Source of the DNA: Octopus vulgaris
Taxonomy: Eukaryota
Reading direction: 5' to 3'
Assembly (NCBI GenBank): GCA_951406725.2
Contig: OX597839.1
Coordinates: 26,350,001 to 26,414,000 of the forward strand
DNA: 64,000 bases
This document shows, piece by piece, positions 13,431 through 23,912 of the stretch (position 1 is the first letter of the stretch; each line of letters starts with the position of its first letter). The position numbers and the translations under genes were made by a program. The notes under the pieces are model-generated. The model searched no databases and was not told the DNA's origin. It worked only from the letters and a program-made list of their open reading frames with translations.

Positions 13431-13708
13431 AAAACAATTGCAGCGTGGAAGGTGTTTGTAAGCCATTTAAGAAACACACAAAAGCCGTTCGATTCACTTC
13501 AACATTTAAGTTTAATTTGTCAAAATATTTTTGTCACTTTAAGACCGTGACCTGTTCACTGACACACGGATTTTTGTCAGTGAACAGGTCGCAGTCTCAA
13601 AGTGACGAAAATATTTTGACAAATTAAACTTAAATGTTGAAGTGAATCGAATGGCTTTTGTGTGTTTCTTAAATGGCTTACAAACACCTTCCACGCTGCA
13701 ATTGTTTT
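13431..13708. repeat. 278-bp near-perfect palindrome, probably Penelope-derived
   Basis: Arms of ~134 bp (AAAACAATTGCAGCGTGGAAGG... / ...CCTTCCACGCTGCAATTGTTTT) around a ~10-nt spacer. Confidence 0.9.
13575..13621 (+). ncRNA. Candidate minimal type I hammerhead ribozyme with G3-C8 core variant
   Basis: Stem I TGTCA/TGACA, core GTGAACA, stem II GTCGC/GTGAC, GAAA, palindromic stem III AATATT. Confidence 0.55.
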
Positions 13709-14911
13709 CGTTTCAGCACACAATCTCAGATCAAATCACTTGCTATGCGAGTACATCTCCTTGTATAAAAAAGATTTTTGGTAATAAATTAAATAAAAAA
13801 AATTTGGGGACTGATGGCTTAATTAATCAATGGTAGTATAGAAAATAGGGACCAAGCATTTATGGGAATGCTTTGTGGGACATAAACTTACCTGGATGAA
13901 GCAACAGGAGACCAACACCTTCTAATGAAGGTGTGTTGGCCCTTTAGACAGCAACCTACCTGAGACCAACTCTTGATTCTATGACAAAAAAATTCTTCCC
14001 TTAAAATGGTAGAAATCAAGCATTTTACCAAAATTATCAGGTTATGTTCCCAACACCAGATTAATGAAGACAGAATTATTTTGATAAATTCTTTATTATT
14101 TTCAACACAAACTGAAACAAAAGTAGTTTATTTCAAGGGAAATGGGGGGTAAAGAAGGGGTTAATTCTTTTGATAGCAATCCACCTGAGACTGATCCTTG
14201 TTCTATGAGACAAACACCCTATTTTAAAGGGATCTTAATGAAAACCTTCCATCAAACTTTCTTGTTATGTTCCAACCACCAGATTAATGAAGACAGAATT
14301 ATTTCATTAAATTCTTAATTATTTTCAAAATTAATTGAAACAAAGTCCATGCATTTCAACAAAAATATGGTAACAAAAGGGTTAAAGTTATCTAAATTAA
14401 AACTTCCCACTAAAATATCATGTTAATTTTATGTTCCAAATATCAGCTTAATGAAGACAAAAATTACTCCAGCATGGAGAATTTGATAGCGTTCAAGAAG
14501 CGTTTTCTTTTCAAATATCATGAAAAAAACCCCAAAAAACATCTCATATGTGTAATTACTTAATATTCATGAATATACAGAACTGAAATAAGGGTGCGTC
14601 TAACATACCCGTGCGTCTTTTTAGGCCATCAAATACGGTAATTTATCGCTGGATTGGATTGCGAGGTTTTCACCCATTTGCCATACAAAGGGAGATAACT
14701 CCACGCAGCATATTGCACACACGCACAACAACCGTTTCCGTTCAAGCAATCTTCTACTCTGGCCACAGGCTGACCAAAGCCTTGGGAGTGGATTTGTTTG
14801 ACTAAAGGCCGTGCTCCAGCATGACCACAGTCAAATGACTGAAACAAGTAAACGAAAAGAATAGCAGGAAACTGGAAGCCCATAGAGTAAGCATGTGCAT
14901 ATATCTAGAGC

Positions 14912-15251
14912 GTGGAGGCGCAATGGCCCAGTGGTTAGGGCAGCGGACTCGCGGTTTCGATTCCCAGACCGGGCGTTGTGAGTGTTTATTGAGCGAAAAC
15001 ACCTAAAAAGCTCCACGAGGCTCCGGCAGGGGATGGTGGTGATCCCTGCTGTACTCTTTCACCACAACTTTCTCTCACTCTTACTTCCTGTTTCTGTTGT
15101 ACCTGTATTTCAAGGGGCCAGCCTTGTCACTCTTTGAATATCCCCGAGAACTACGTTAAGGGTGCACGTGTCTGTGGAGTGCTCAGCCACTTACACATTA
15201 ATTTCACGGATCAACCAGAACCCTCATCGTCGTAACCGACGGAGTGCTTCC
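14912..15251 (+). mobile_element. SINE family B (tRNA-like head GGAGGCGCAATGGCCCAGTGGTTAGGG)
   Basis: A-box TGGCCCAGTGG and B-box GTTTCGATTCC. Flanked by direct repeat ATATCTAGAG at 14901-14910 and 15254-15263. Confidence 0.82.
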
Positions 15252-15263
15252 ACATATCTAGAG

Positions 15264-15465
15264 CAGTGCTTTTCAAACTTTTTGCTGGAGCGGAACCCCA
15301 AGGAAACATTCCACTGGCTCGGGGAACCCCTGTGCAATAATTTAATAGTCTTATGCACACATATCTGCACAGGAGACTTAAAAATTACTGCTGATTTTAG
15401 CAGTTTTGTAACTTCTTGCAGAAACCCTGGACTGTACTGGCGGAACCCTGGTTGAAAAACCACTG
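15264..15465. mobile_element. hAT (Charlie-like) MITE with 8-bp TSD ATCTAGAG
   Basis: TSD at 15256-15263 and 15466-15473; CAGTG...CACTG termini. Confidence 0.87.
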
Positions 15466-15971
15466 ATCTAGAGTAATCCCTCGGGTACCGCAGGTGTTAC
15501 GTTCACCCCTCACAAAGTAGAAACAGGGCTGTACTGTATTTTAATAATTTGTATATATTTATTTTATTATAAATACAAAACAACACCACGGTAAGATTAA
15601 AATAATACACCGTGATATGTTCAGGGATTACTGTGTGTGTATGTAAGAGTGTTAAAAAGCACCATCCGAACGTGGCCGACGGCAGCGCCGCCTTGACTGG
15701 CTTCTGTGCCGATGGCACATAAAAAGTACCAACCGATCGTGGCCGATGCCAGCCTCGTCTGGCACCTGTGCCAGTGGCACATAAAAAGCACCCACTACAC
15801 TCACGGAGTGGTTGGCGTTAGGAAGGGCATCCAGCCGTAGAAACATTGCCAGATCAGACTGGAGCCTGGTGCAGCCTCCTGGCTTCCCAGACCCTGGTCG
15901 AACCGTCCAACCCGTGCTAGCATGGAAAGCGGACGTTAAACGACGACGACGATGATATATATATATATATA

Positions 15972-16362
15972 GGCGCAGGAGTGGCTGTGTGGTAAGTAGC
16001 TTGCTAACCAACCACATGGTTCCGGGTTCAGTCCCACTGCGTGGCACCTTGGGCAAGTGTCTTCTACTATAGCCTCGGGCCGACCAAAGCCTTCTAAGTG
16101 GATTTGGTAGACGGAAACTGAAAGAAGCCTGTCGTATATATGTATATATATGTGTGTATGTTTGTGTGTCTGTGTTTGTTCCCCTAGCATTGCTTGACAA
16201 CCGATGCTGGTGTGTTTACGTCCCCGTCACTTAGCGGTTTGGCAAAAGAAACCGATAGAATAAGTACTGGGCTTACAACGAATAAGTTCCGGGGTCGATT
16301 TGCTCGACTAAAGGCGGTGCTCCAGCATGGCCGCAGTCAAATGACGGAAACAAATAAAGAGA
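15972..16362 (+). mobile_element. SINE family A, full length (resembles described octopus tRNA-derived SINEs)
   Basis: Head GGCGCAGGAGTGGCTGTGTGGT (A-box-like) and GGTTCAGTCCC (B-box-like). Tail AAGGCGGTGCTCCAGCATGGCCGCAGTCAAATGAC. More than 15 related copies in the window. Confidence 0.88.
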
Positions 16363-16954
16363 GAAAAAAAGAGAGTAATCCCTTGACTATTGCAGGTGTT
16401 ACTTTCCAAACCTCGCCCCGCGATGGGTGAAAATCAGTATTGTACTGTATAAATTTTTTATTTTCATAATTTGTATATATTTATTTTATCCTAAATGCAA
16501 AACAACACCATAGAAGAATAATAAGCCACGATATGGCAAAGGGTTACTGTCCCTCGATAAAGGAGTTTACGTGTGTGTTCGGAGTAAACTTGTGAGTCGA
16601 GGTATTTAGTACCGGATGACTTATCTCCCTTGCAAACTACCTTTTGGTGGAACTGGACAGATACGAAGACTTACACGTCTACCTGGGAGGACATTCAACT
16701 GAAGATCAGCATTTTAGCAACGGTCAATCCGACATTAAGTGAGCATAAATTGCAGTATATATAACTGGCAGAATTGTTAGCATGAAGGGCGAAATGCTTA
16801 AGGACATTGCGTCCGTCCTTATGTTCTGAGTTCAAATTCTGACTAAGTCAACTTTGTCTTTCATCCTTTTGAGGTCGATAAAATAAGTACCAGTTGTGTA
16901 CTGGGGACCAGTGTAATCGATAATGATGATGATGATGATGGTAAGAAAAATGAC

Positions 16955-17341
16955 GAGTGGCTGTGTGGTAAGTAGCTTGCTTACGAACCACATGGTTCCG
17001 GGTTCAGTCCCACTGCGTGCCATCTTGGGCAAGTGTCTTCTGCTATAGCCCCGGGCCGACCAATGCCTTGTGAGTGGATTTGGTAGACGGAAACTGAAAG
17101 AAGCCTGTCGTATATATGTATATATATGTGTGTATGTTTGTGTGTCTGTGTGTGTGTTTGTCCCCCCAACATCGCTTGATAACCAATGCTGGTGTTTACA
17201 TCCCCATAACTTAGCGGTTCGGCAAAAGAAACCGATAGAATAAGTACTAGGCTTACAAAGAATAAGTCCTGGGGTTGATGTGCTTGACTAAAGGCGGTGC
17301 TCCAGCATGGCCGCAGTCAAATGACTGAAACAAGTAAAAGA
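16955..17341 (+). mobile_element. SINE family A
   Basis: Same head, body and tail as the 15972 copy. Confidence 0.85.
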
Positions 17342-18350
17342 TATATGTGTGTGTGGCTTAGTGGTTAGGACGTCAGCATCATATTCATAAGATTGTGGTT
17401 TTGATTCCGGGAGACGCGTTGTGTTCTTGAGCAAAACACTTCATTTCACGTTGCTCCAGTTCACTCAGCTGGCAAAAATGAGTAACGCTGCGATGGACTG
17501 GCGTCCCGTCCAGCTGGGGAACACATATGCCACAGAAACCGGGCCCATGAGCCTGGCTTGGCTTTAAAAAGGGCGCATTTATTTATATATATATATATAT
17601 GAAAGTTGGGGCTAACAGGGGACCAAGGCTCCTGTTGGTTTGCTAAGTAAAATTCTAATTGCATCCAGGCATGTGCCCTGCATCTCTCTTCAGCTGAGCA
17701 CCCCTAACCTTGCAGGTTCGTGCATGCTGGGACCATGTAAATGCACCTGTGCTAATGCTGCACAAAAGCACCCAGTCCACTCTGTGAAGGGGTTGGCATT
17801 AGGAAGGGCACCCAGCTGTAGAAACCATGCGCCTGGACAGCTCTCCAGTTGACCGGCTTCTGTGAAACCATCCAACCCATGGCAGCATTGAAAATAGATG
17901 TTAAATGATGATGATGATGATTGTGTGTGTGTGTGTGTGTGTGATGCAGAGGTTTGCCCCTCACCAAGCAGGTGGTTTCACGTTGCATCTTACTAAGCCC
18001 AGACATGATTCAGTATTGCCATTTTGATACCAACTTACCTGAGACTGTCCCTGGTTTTATATGAACTTCGTTTCTTAAGGAGATCTAAATGAAAACTTCC
18101 TATCAAAACAGTCATGGTATGTTCCAAAAACCAGCTTAATAATAATGGCAAAGTCATGATACATCAATTCCATTGTTTTCAAAATTTGCTGAAACAAAGG
18201 CAGAATCTTTCAACATACATAAAAGAAAGAATGAATTTGGTAAAGACATAACTATGAGTTTCATCATACACACAGACGCTTTCAGAATCTGCTCTGACAC
18301 CCTGTCGCTAACATCAATGTCTTCTTTCCAACTACACCCACCTGTCCTTA

Positions 18351-19026
18351 TAAGGGGTGATTGAAAAGTATTGGGATTGTTGCTATGGTAACGGAGTTGA
18401 AGTGCACAGAGTGAAGCCACTTGGCACAGACCGAGCTTGAACTCTGACGCACATGCTCCATTAAGTTATAACATTCCTACTCACTGCTAATGATAGAGTG
18501 TGGTCGTCATTGTTGTAGAGCTGAAAAAGAAGTAATTTCTACTCTTCTCCTCTGGAAGCCATCTGCTCGCAATACCAGAGGGCGCACACTCTCCTACTCT
18601 GATGTAATCTCCAGGGATACAGGCATCCAGCAACAGGACCTCCGTAATGCCATGATGGACCGTGAAATCTGGCGTAGCATGGTAAATTCCATTGTCTCGA
18701 CCACGGTCGAACGATGATGAATGATGATGATGTGGTCGTCTCCAAAAGCAAGATCGGGTCCCAGCTGCGCAGGATCTCCTAGAGTGAGTTGAGGAAGATG
18801 AGTTTTTGAAAACAGACATAACAGGTGATGAATTGTAAGTCTGTGTGACTATGATCCTGAAACTAAGAGGATTCAACAAGACAGCTGCTCTCTGTTCCCC
18901 AAAAAGAGTTCCAGGAATGGAAACGATCCTGGATAAAGTGGAAGACCTCAGAAGGGGATTCCATGCTAAATTGATACGTGTTGTAGATTTCTTTTTATAG
19001 CATCAGCCCTGATATGGTTTCACACA
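18351..19026 (+). mobile_element. Internally deleted mariner transposon remnant
   Basis: TA plus TIR-like start (TAAGGGGTGATTGAAAAGTATTGGGA). Broken transposase peptide QKQDRV..AQDLLE...ITGDE...DYDPETK. Confidence 0.7.
18509..18730 (+). mobile_element. RTE-like LINE 3' fragment inside a mariner remnant, ~10-bp TSD
   Basis: HCCRAEKEVISTLLLWKP...AMMDREIWRSMV, (TGA)n tail. TGTGGTCGTC at 18499-18508 and 18731-18740. Confidence 0.85.
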
Positions 19027-19309
19027 TTAACCCTGTAGCATTTAAACCGGCCAAAAGTATTCTGCCTGTTCTATGTTCAAAATGGCCAGATCTGGTCTCT
19101 CACACCAACCCTACAACATCGTTTTAAAAATTAACAGCTACCTCATCAAAATCTCAAAGCTACAAGATAATGCCTGATTAGTCCAAGACAATGTGGATAA
19201 AAAAGGATTAATTTTGGCAGAATAATACGAACCCCAAAGCCCCTTTATTGGCGTTTGTGGGAAGTCTGCAAAGATCCCTGGTACATTTGGCAGTTAATGT
19301 GTAACTCTC

Positions 19310-19704
19310 TTTTACTCTTTACTCTTTTACTTGTTTCAGCCATTTGACTGCGGCCATGCTGGAGCACCACCTTTAATTGAGGAAATCGACCCCGGGACTT
19401 ATTCTTTGTAAGCCCAGTACTTATTCTATAGGTCTCTTTTGCCGAACCGCTAAGTAACGGGGACGTAAACACACCAGCATCGGTTGTCAAGCAATGCTAG
19501 GGGGACAAACACAGACACACAAACACACACTTATATATACGTATATATAAACATATATACGACGGGCTTCTTTCAGTTTCCGTCTACCAAATCCACTCAC
19601 AAGGCATTGGTCGGCCCGGGGCTATAGCAGAAGACACTTGCCCAAGATGCCACGCAACCATGTGGTTGGTAAGCAAGCTACTTACCACACAGCCACTCCT
19701 GCAC
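19310..19704 (-). mobile_element. SINE family A
   Basis: Reverse complement copy with small head deletion. Confidence 0.85.
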
Positions 19705-20250
19705 CTTAATCTATAATAATAATAATAATAATAATAATGAAGCACAAAAGTGAGTTTGCAGAGTAGAAAGTCTTCTTACAACCCCATGGATCTTGGTTTA
19801 ATCTTGATAGAGTGTCTTTAGCTTAGTCTCGTTGCTAGGGGAAGCTTTGTAGGTAGAAAATGGGGGAAAAAGCTGGTTGTGAGTTCAAGCCTGTTATTCC
19901 CATCCACGTCAGAGTCAGTCTGAGGTGCGATTTCATGGTCAGTTGCTTTCCATGTCGTTCAACCCTGACATAATTTTTTTTGTTTTTTCAAGCAATTGAT
20001 ATTTTATTCCAAAATACTTTTAAACTGAGCAGCAACCAGACGTAATGTCAACAGGGAATCGGTGCAAAAGTCACATCACCATTTTGCCACACACGCACAC
20101 ACACACACAATAACTCTTCCTACAGATTCCGCCTACCAAATCCACTCAGAAGGTATTGGTCGGCCCGAGGCTGCAGTAGAAGACTCTTGCCCAAGGCCAG
20201 TTTAGATGCTGAAGGGTTAAATTTTTAGAATTAATAATTGAACAGAAATA

Positions 20251-20690
20251 CATCATCATCATCATTTAACATCCGTTCTCCATGCTAGCATGGGTTGGAC
20301 GGTTCGACCAGGGATCTGGGAAGCCAGAAGGCTGCACTAGGCTCCAATCTGATCTGGCAGTGTTTCTACAGCTGGATGCCCTTCCTAACGCTAACCACTC
20401 TGTGAGTGTAGTGGATGCTTTTTATGTGCCACCTGCACTGGTGCCAGGTGAGGCTGGCGTTGGCCACGGTCGGATTGGTGCATTTTATGTGCCACCGGCA
20501 CAGAAGCAAGTCGAGGCGGCACTGGCTTCGGCCACGATCGGATGGTGCTTTTTACGTGCCACCAACACGTAAGCCAGTCGAGGCGGCGCTGGCATCGGCC
20601 ACGATTCGGATAGTGCTTTTTACGTATCTCCAGTCCAGGGGTCCTGGCATCTGCTGGGTGCCAGTCATAGGATTGGTTCAATTTCGATTA
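20251..20690 (-). mobile_element. Repeat family D: (GAT)n-tailed retroposon with variable ~60-bp internal modules
   Basis: Core GGTTGGCGTTAGGAAGGGCATCCAGCTGTAGAAAC on the element strand. Further copies near 6370-6690, 10890-11150, 15650-15955, 21880-22160, 47190-47330, 53970-54200, 54484-54778, 56110-56520 and 57925-58120. Confidence 0.8.
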
Positions 20691-21261
20691 AAAACAATCT
20701 CCTGGATGAGGAATACTGAGGTGATGCAGAGAAAGAAATTTCCTGCCTTTAAAATATCATAAAATACACAAAATTGAAACAGATCAATCAGTCAGCTAAT
20801 TGAATGCTTTATCAATTCAACCACGTTGCCTCACAATGTTTACAAAGGAACCGATTTATTTCAGTGTCTTTACGAAGTCCATACCAGCATCATCACCAAC
20901 AAGACCAGTGTTTACCCTTCGGTTCAGGAAGCAAACCATTGAATAGAATAAACAAATAAAAACAAAACTTCCTCCTGTTGTTCCTGTTGTTGAAAATGTA
21001 GGCATGTCACCTCACCATCTTGATACCAACTTACCTGAGACTGTCCCTGGTTTTATATGAACTTCGTTTCTTAAGGAGACCTAAATGAAAACTTCCTATC
21101 AAAACAGTCATGCTACGTTCCAAAAACCAGCTTAATAATAATAATAATAATGGCAAAGTCATGATACATCAATTCCATTATTTTCAAAAATTTGCTGAAA
21201 CAAAGGCAGAATCTTTCAACACACATAAAAGAAAGAAAGGCTAAAATTGATTTAAATTAAA

Positions 21262-21565
21262 ATGTTTTATCACAAAGTTATCAACCACCTCACCAACAAC
21301 AACACTGAACACCTTTTTGATCTCCATGTGTCCAACACCCGTGGACATGCCTACAAAGTCAGAAAACAACACAGCTCCCATGACTTTTGGAAACATTTTT
21401 ACACGCTCAGAGTTGCTGAAGCATGGAACAAACTGCCTGTGTCAGTTGTCGACTGCCATGACACTGCATCCTTTAAGGCCCTCATGCTTTCCGAAATCCG
21501 ACGAAACTACACCCGATTATATATACACTTTAGATGAGTTGTAGTGCACCTGAGCACTGTACACA

Positions 21566-21610
<45 letters not shown>
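21262..21610 (+). mobile_element. CR1-clade LINE 3' fragment with (TTA)n tail
   Basis: NTRGHAYKVRK...HFYTLRVAEAWNKLP...FK. Confidence 0.85.
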
Positions 21611-21613
<3 letters not shown>

Positions 21614-22159
21614 TATATAAAATTTTCATGCAATGTTTCAAAAACCAGCTTAATAACAAAGTTATCGTAGAAGAGCATAGGTTTGAAATGTCAAAGACTT
21701 CTCCATTTTCCCTGGGTGCTCAACTAATATGCCTTGCTTGTTGTTTCCTCACCTGTCTTTCTCATCTTTTTTTGTACAATATTGAACCATTAATAACAAA
21801 GTTATTCATATTTTCAAAATTAATTGAAACAAAAGACAGTGTATTTCAACAGAAATATGGTAACAAAAGGGTTAAAGTGATCATCATCATCATCATCATT
21901 TAATGTCCGTTTTCCATGCTAGCATGGGTTGGACAGTTCGACCAGGTAAGCCATGGAGGCTGCACCAGGCTGTAGTCTGATCTGGCAGTGTTTCTACAGC
22001 TGGATGCCCTTCCTAACGCCAACCACTCCGCGAGTGTAGTGGGTGTTTTTTACGTGCCACCAGCACAGGTGCCAGGGCAGGCTGGCAAACGGCCATGATC
22101 GGTTGGTGCTTTTACATGATGCCAGTCAGGCGACGCTAGTATCTGCCACGTTCGGACGG

Positions 22160-23160
22160 TGATCTAAATTATAACTCACCCTCAAAATTTCATGTTCATT
22201 TATGTTCTAAATAACTTGATTAATAATTTTTCTTTTATCCTTTTATTTGTTTCAGTCATTTGACTGCGGCCATGCTGGAGCAACGCCTTTAGTCGAAGAA
22301 ATCGACCCCTGGACTTATTCTTTGTAAGCCTAGTACTTATTCTATCGGTTTCTTTTGCTGAACTGCAAAGTTACAAACACACCTATGACAAAGTTCTTTT
22401 ATTAAATTCTTCATTATTTTCAGAAAGTGTATTTCAATAGAAAATATGGTAACAAAACGGTTTAAGTGATCTAAATCCACCCTTTTGAAACCATTTCTGG
22501 CTCTGTAGTACAAATGTCTTGTTTTCATAAGTTTTGAATTAAAACCTTCCACCAAACCTCATTTCACAATTTATGTTCCTAACACTAGCTTAATGATAAC
22601 AAAGTTATTTTACTAAATTCTTTGTTATATTTAAAATCAATTGAAAGAAAACACAGAGCATCTCAACAGAAATATAGTAACAAAAGGGTTAAAGACAGTC
22701 AGTCAAATGTGTCTTCAGTTTGCACAAGATTTGGCTGCTATTTCTAACAAGTCAAACAAAATCTGCAAATAAACCCTTTCGATACCAACCAACCCAGCTG
22801 AAACCACCTCTGGCTCTGTAGTACAAATGTCTTGTTTTCAATTAAAATCTTCCACCAAACCTTAGTCACAATTTATCTTCCTAACACTAGCTTAATGATA
22901 ACTAAGTTGTTTTACTAAATTCTTTGTTATATTTAAAATAATTGAAAGAAACACAGAACATCTCAATAGAAATAGGGTAACAAATGTCCTGTTTTCATAA
23001 GTTCTGAATTAAAATCTTCCACCAAACTTTAGTCACAATTTATATTCCCAAAATTAGCTTAATAACAACAAAATTATTTTACTAAATTGTTAATTATTTT
23101 CAAAACTGACCAAACTGAAGTTGGCATATTTCAACAGAACTATGGTGATAAAATGGTTGA
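22160..23160. mobile_element. Tandem array of a second AT-rich TTAA MITE family
   Basis: Repeated AACCCTTTCGATACC...AAATATGGTAACAAAAGGGTTAA units. Similar arrays at 13950-14470, 30030-30340 and 42640-43140. Confidence 0.65.
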
Positions 23161-23292
23161 GCATTAATTCAAACGCAGGAGACACACGGTTAACAAATTC
23201 TGCAACAAAATACACAAAAATAAATTTAAAAAATGGAAAAAAAAAACAACAAAGAGAGGAAAAAATTCCATGTTTTAACCAATAATCTTACA

Positions 23293-23298
23293 TTTATT
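23293..23298 (-). terminator. Putative polyadenylation signal AATAAA
   Basis: Minus strand reads caAATAAAtg, followed ~30-60 nt later by tttttcctctctttgttgttttttttt. Repeats resume just beyond. Confidence 0.5.
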
Positions 23299-23894
23299 TG
23301 ACAAGAAAATATTTCTAATTAAAATAACGCATAAATGATGTCTTTGAGGAAGGGAAAATTGTATGAAGGAAAGAATGGGCAGATGACAAAATGGTAAACA
23401 CAAGATTTCACCAGTTCTTCTAGATTCCCTGATAGGACCAAACCTGGCTATCAGAACACATTCATTATCAAAGTTGTAGTAGTAGTAGTTGTAGTAGTAG
23501 TAGTAGTCGTTGTCATTAGTTCCTGTACAGTATATAGATATATATACATATATATTTATATATAGGTGTGTGTGTGTGTGTGAGTGTGTATATATATATA
23601 TGTGTGTATATATATATATATATATAGACACACATCTATGTTTATGTGTGTATACATATATATATATATACACACACACACATAGATACATACATATATA
23701 TATAGCAATGGTGATTGAAGACCATCACCTCAGAATAACGAGTCATTATATCCCGTGGTTTCACATGTTGGTGACCCCCTCTGCTTCAGTTTTTTGTAGG
23801 ATGAGTTTTCCAAGAAGTAGCCTTGTTTAGCTGGGTGGGTGTTGAGTGGGGCTGGGTGGGTGGGTGATTGGGGCTGGGGGGCAGGAAGGGCTTT

Positions 23895-23912
23895 TAGTGC
23901 CACCTAGTGGCT
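23895..23912 (-). promoter_or_regulatory. CTCF consensus motif
   Basis: Minus strand AGCCACTAGGTGGCACTA matches the bilaterian CTCF core CCACYAGRKGGCRS. Binding not shown. Confidence 0.5.

Noticed and set aside
15972-16045. tRNA gene-like heads in SINE families A, B and C
   Set aside because: They have A/B-box-like motifs but no complete cloverleaf evident and run directly into SINE bodies.
15652-16430. Recurrent ORFs such as MSSNARGTNTD..., MTTDAGVFTSP... and ...LQLDALPNANHS...
   Set aside because: Chance frames within multicopy SINE and family D sequences.
20410-20630. CRISPR-like ~60-bp periodicity
   Set aside because: The spacers are homologous to each other and the array is internal to a dispersed repeat.
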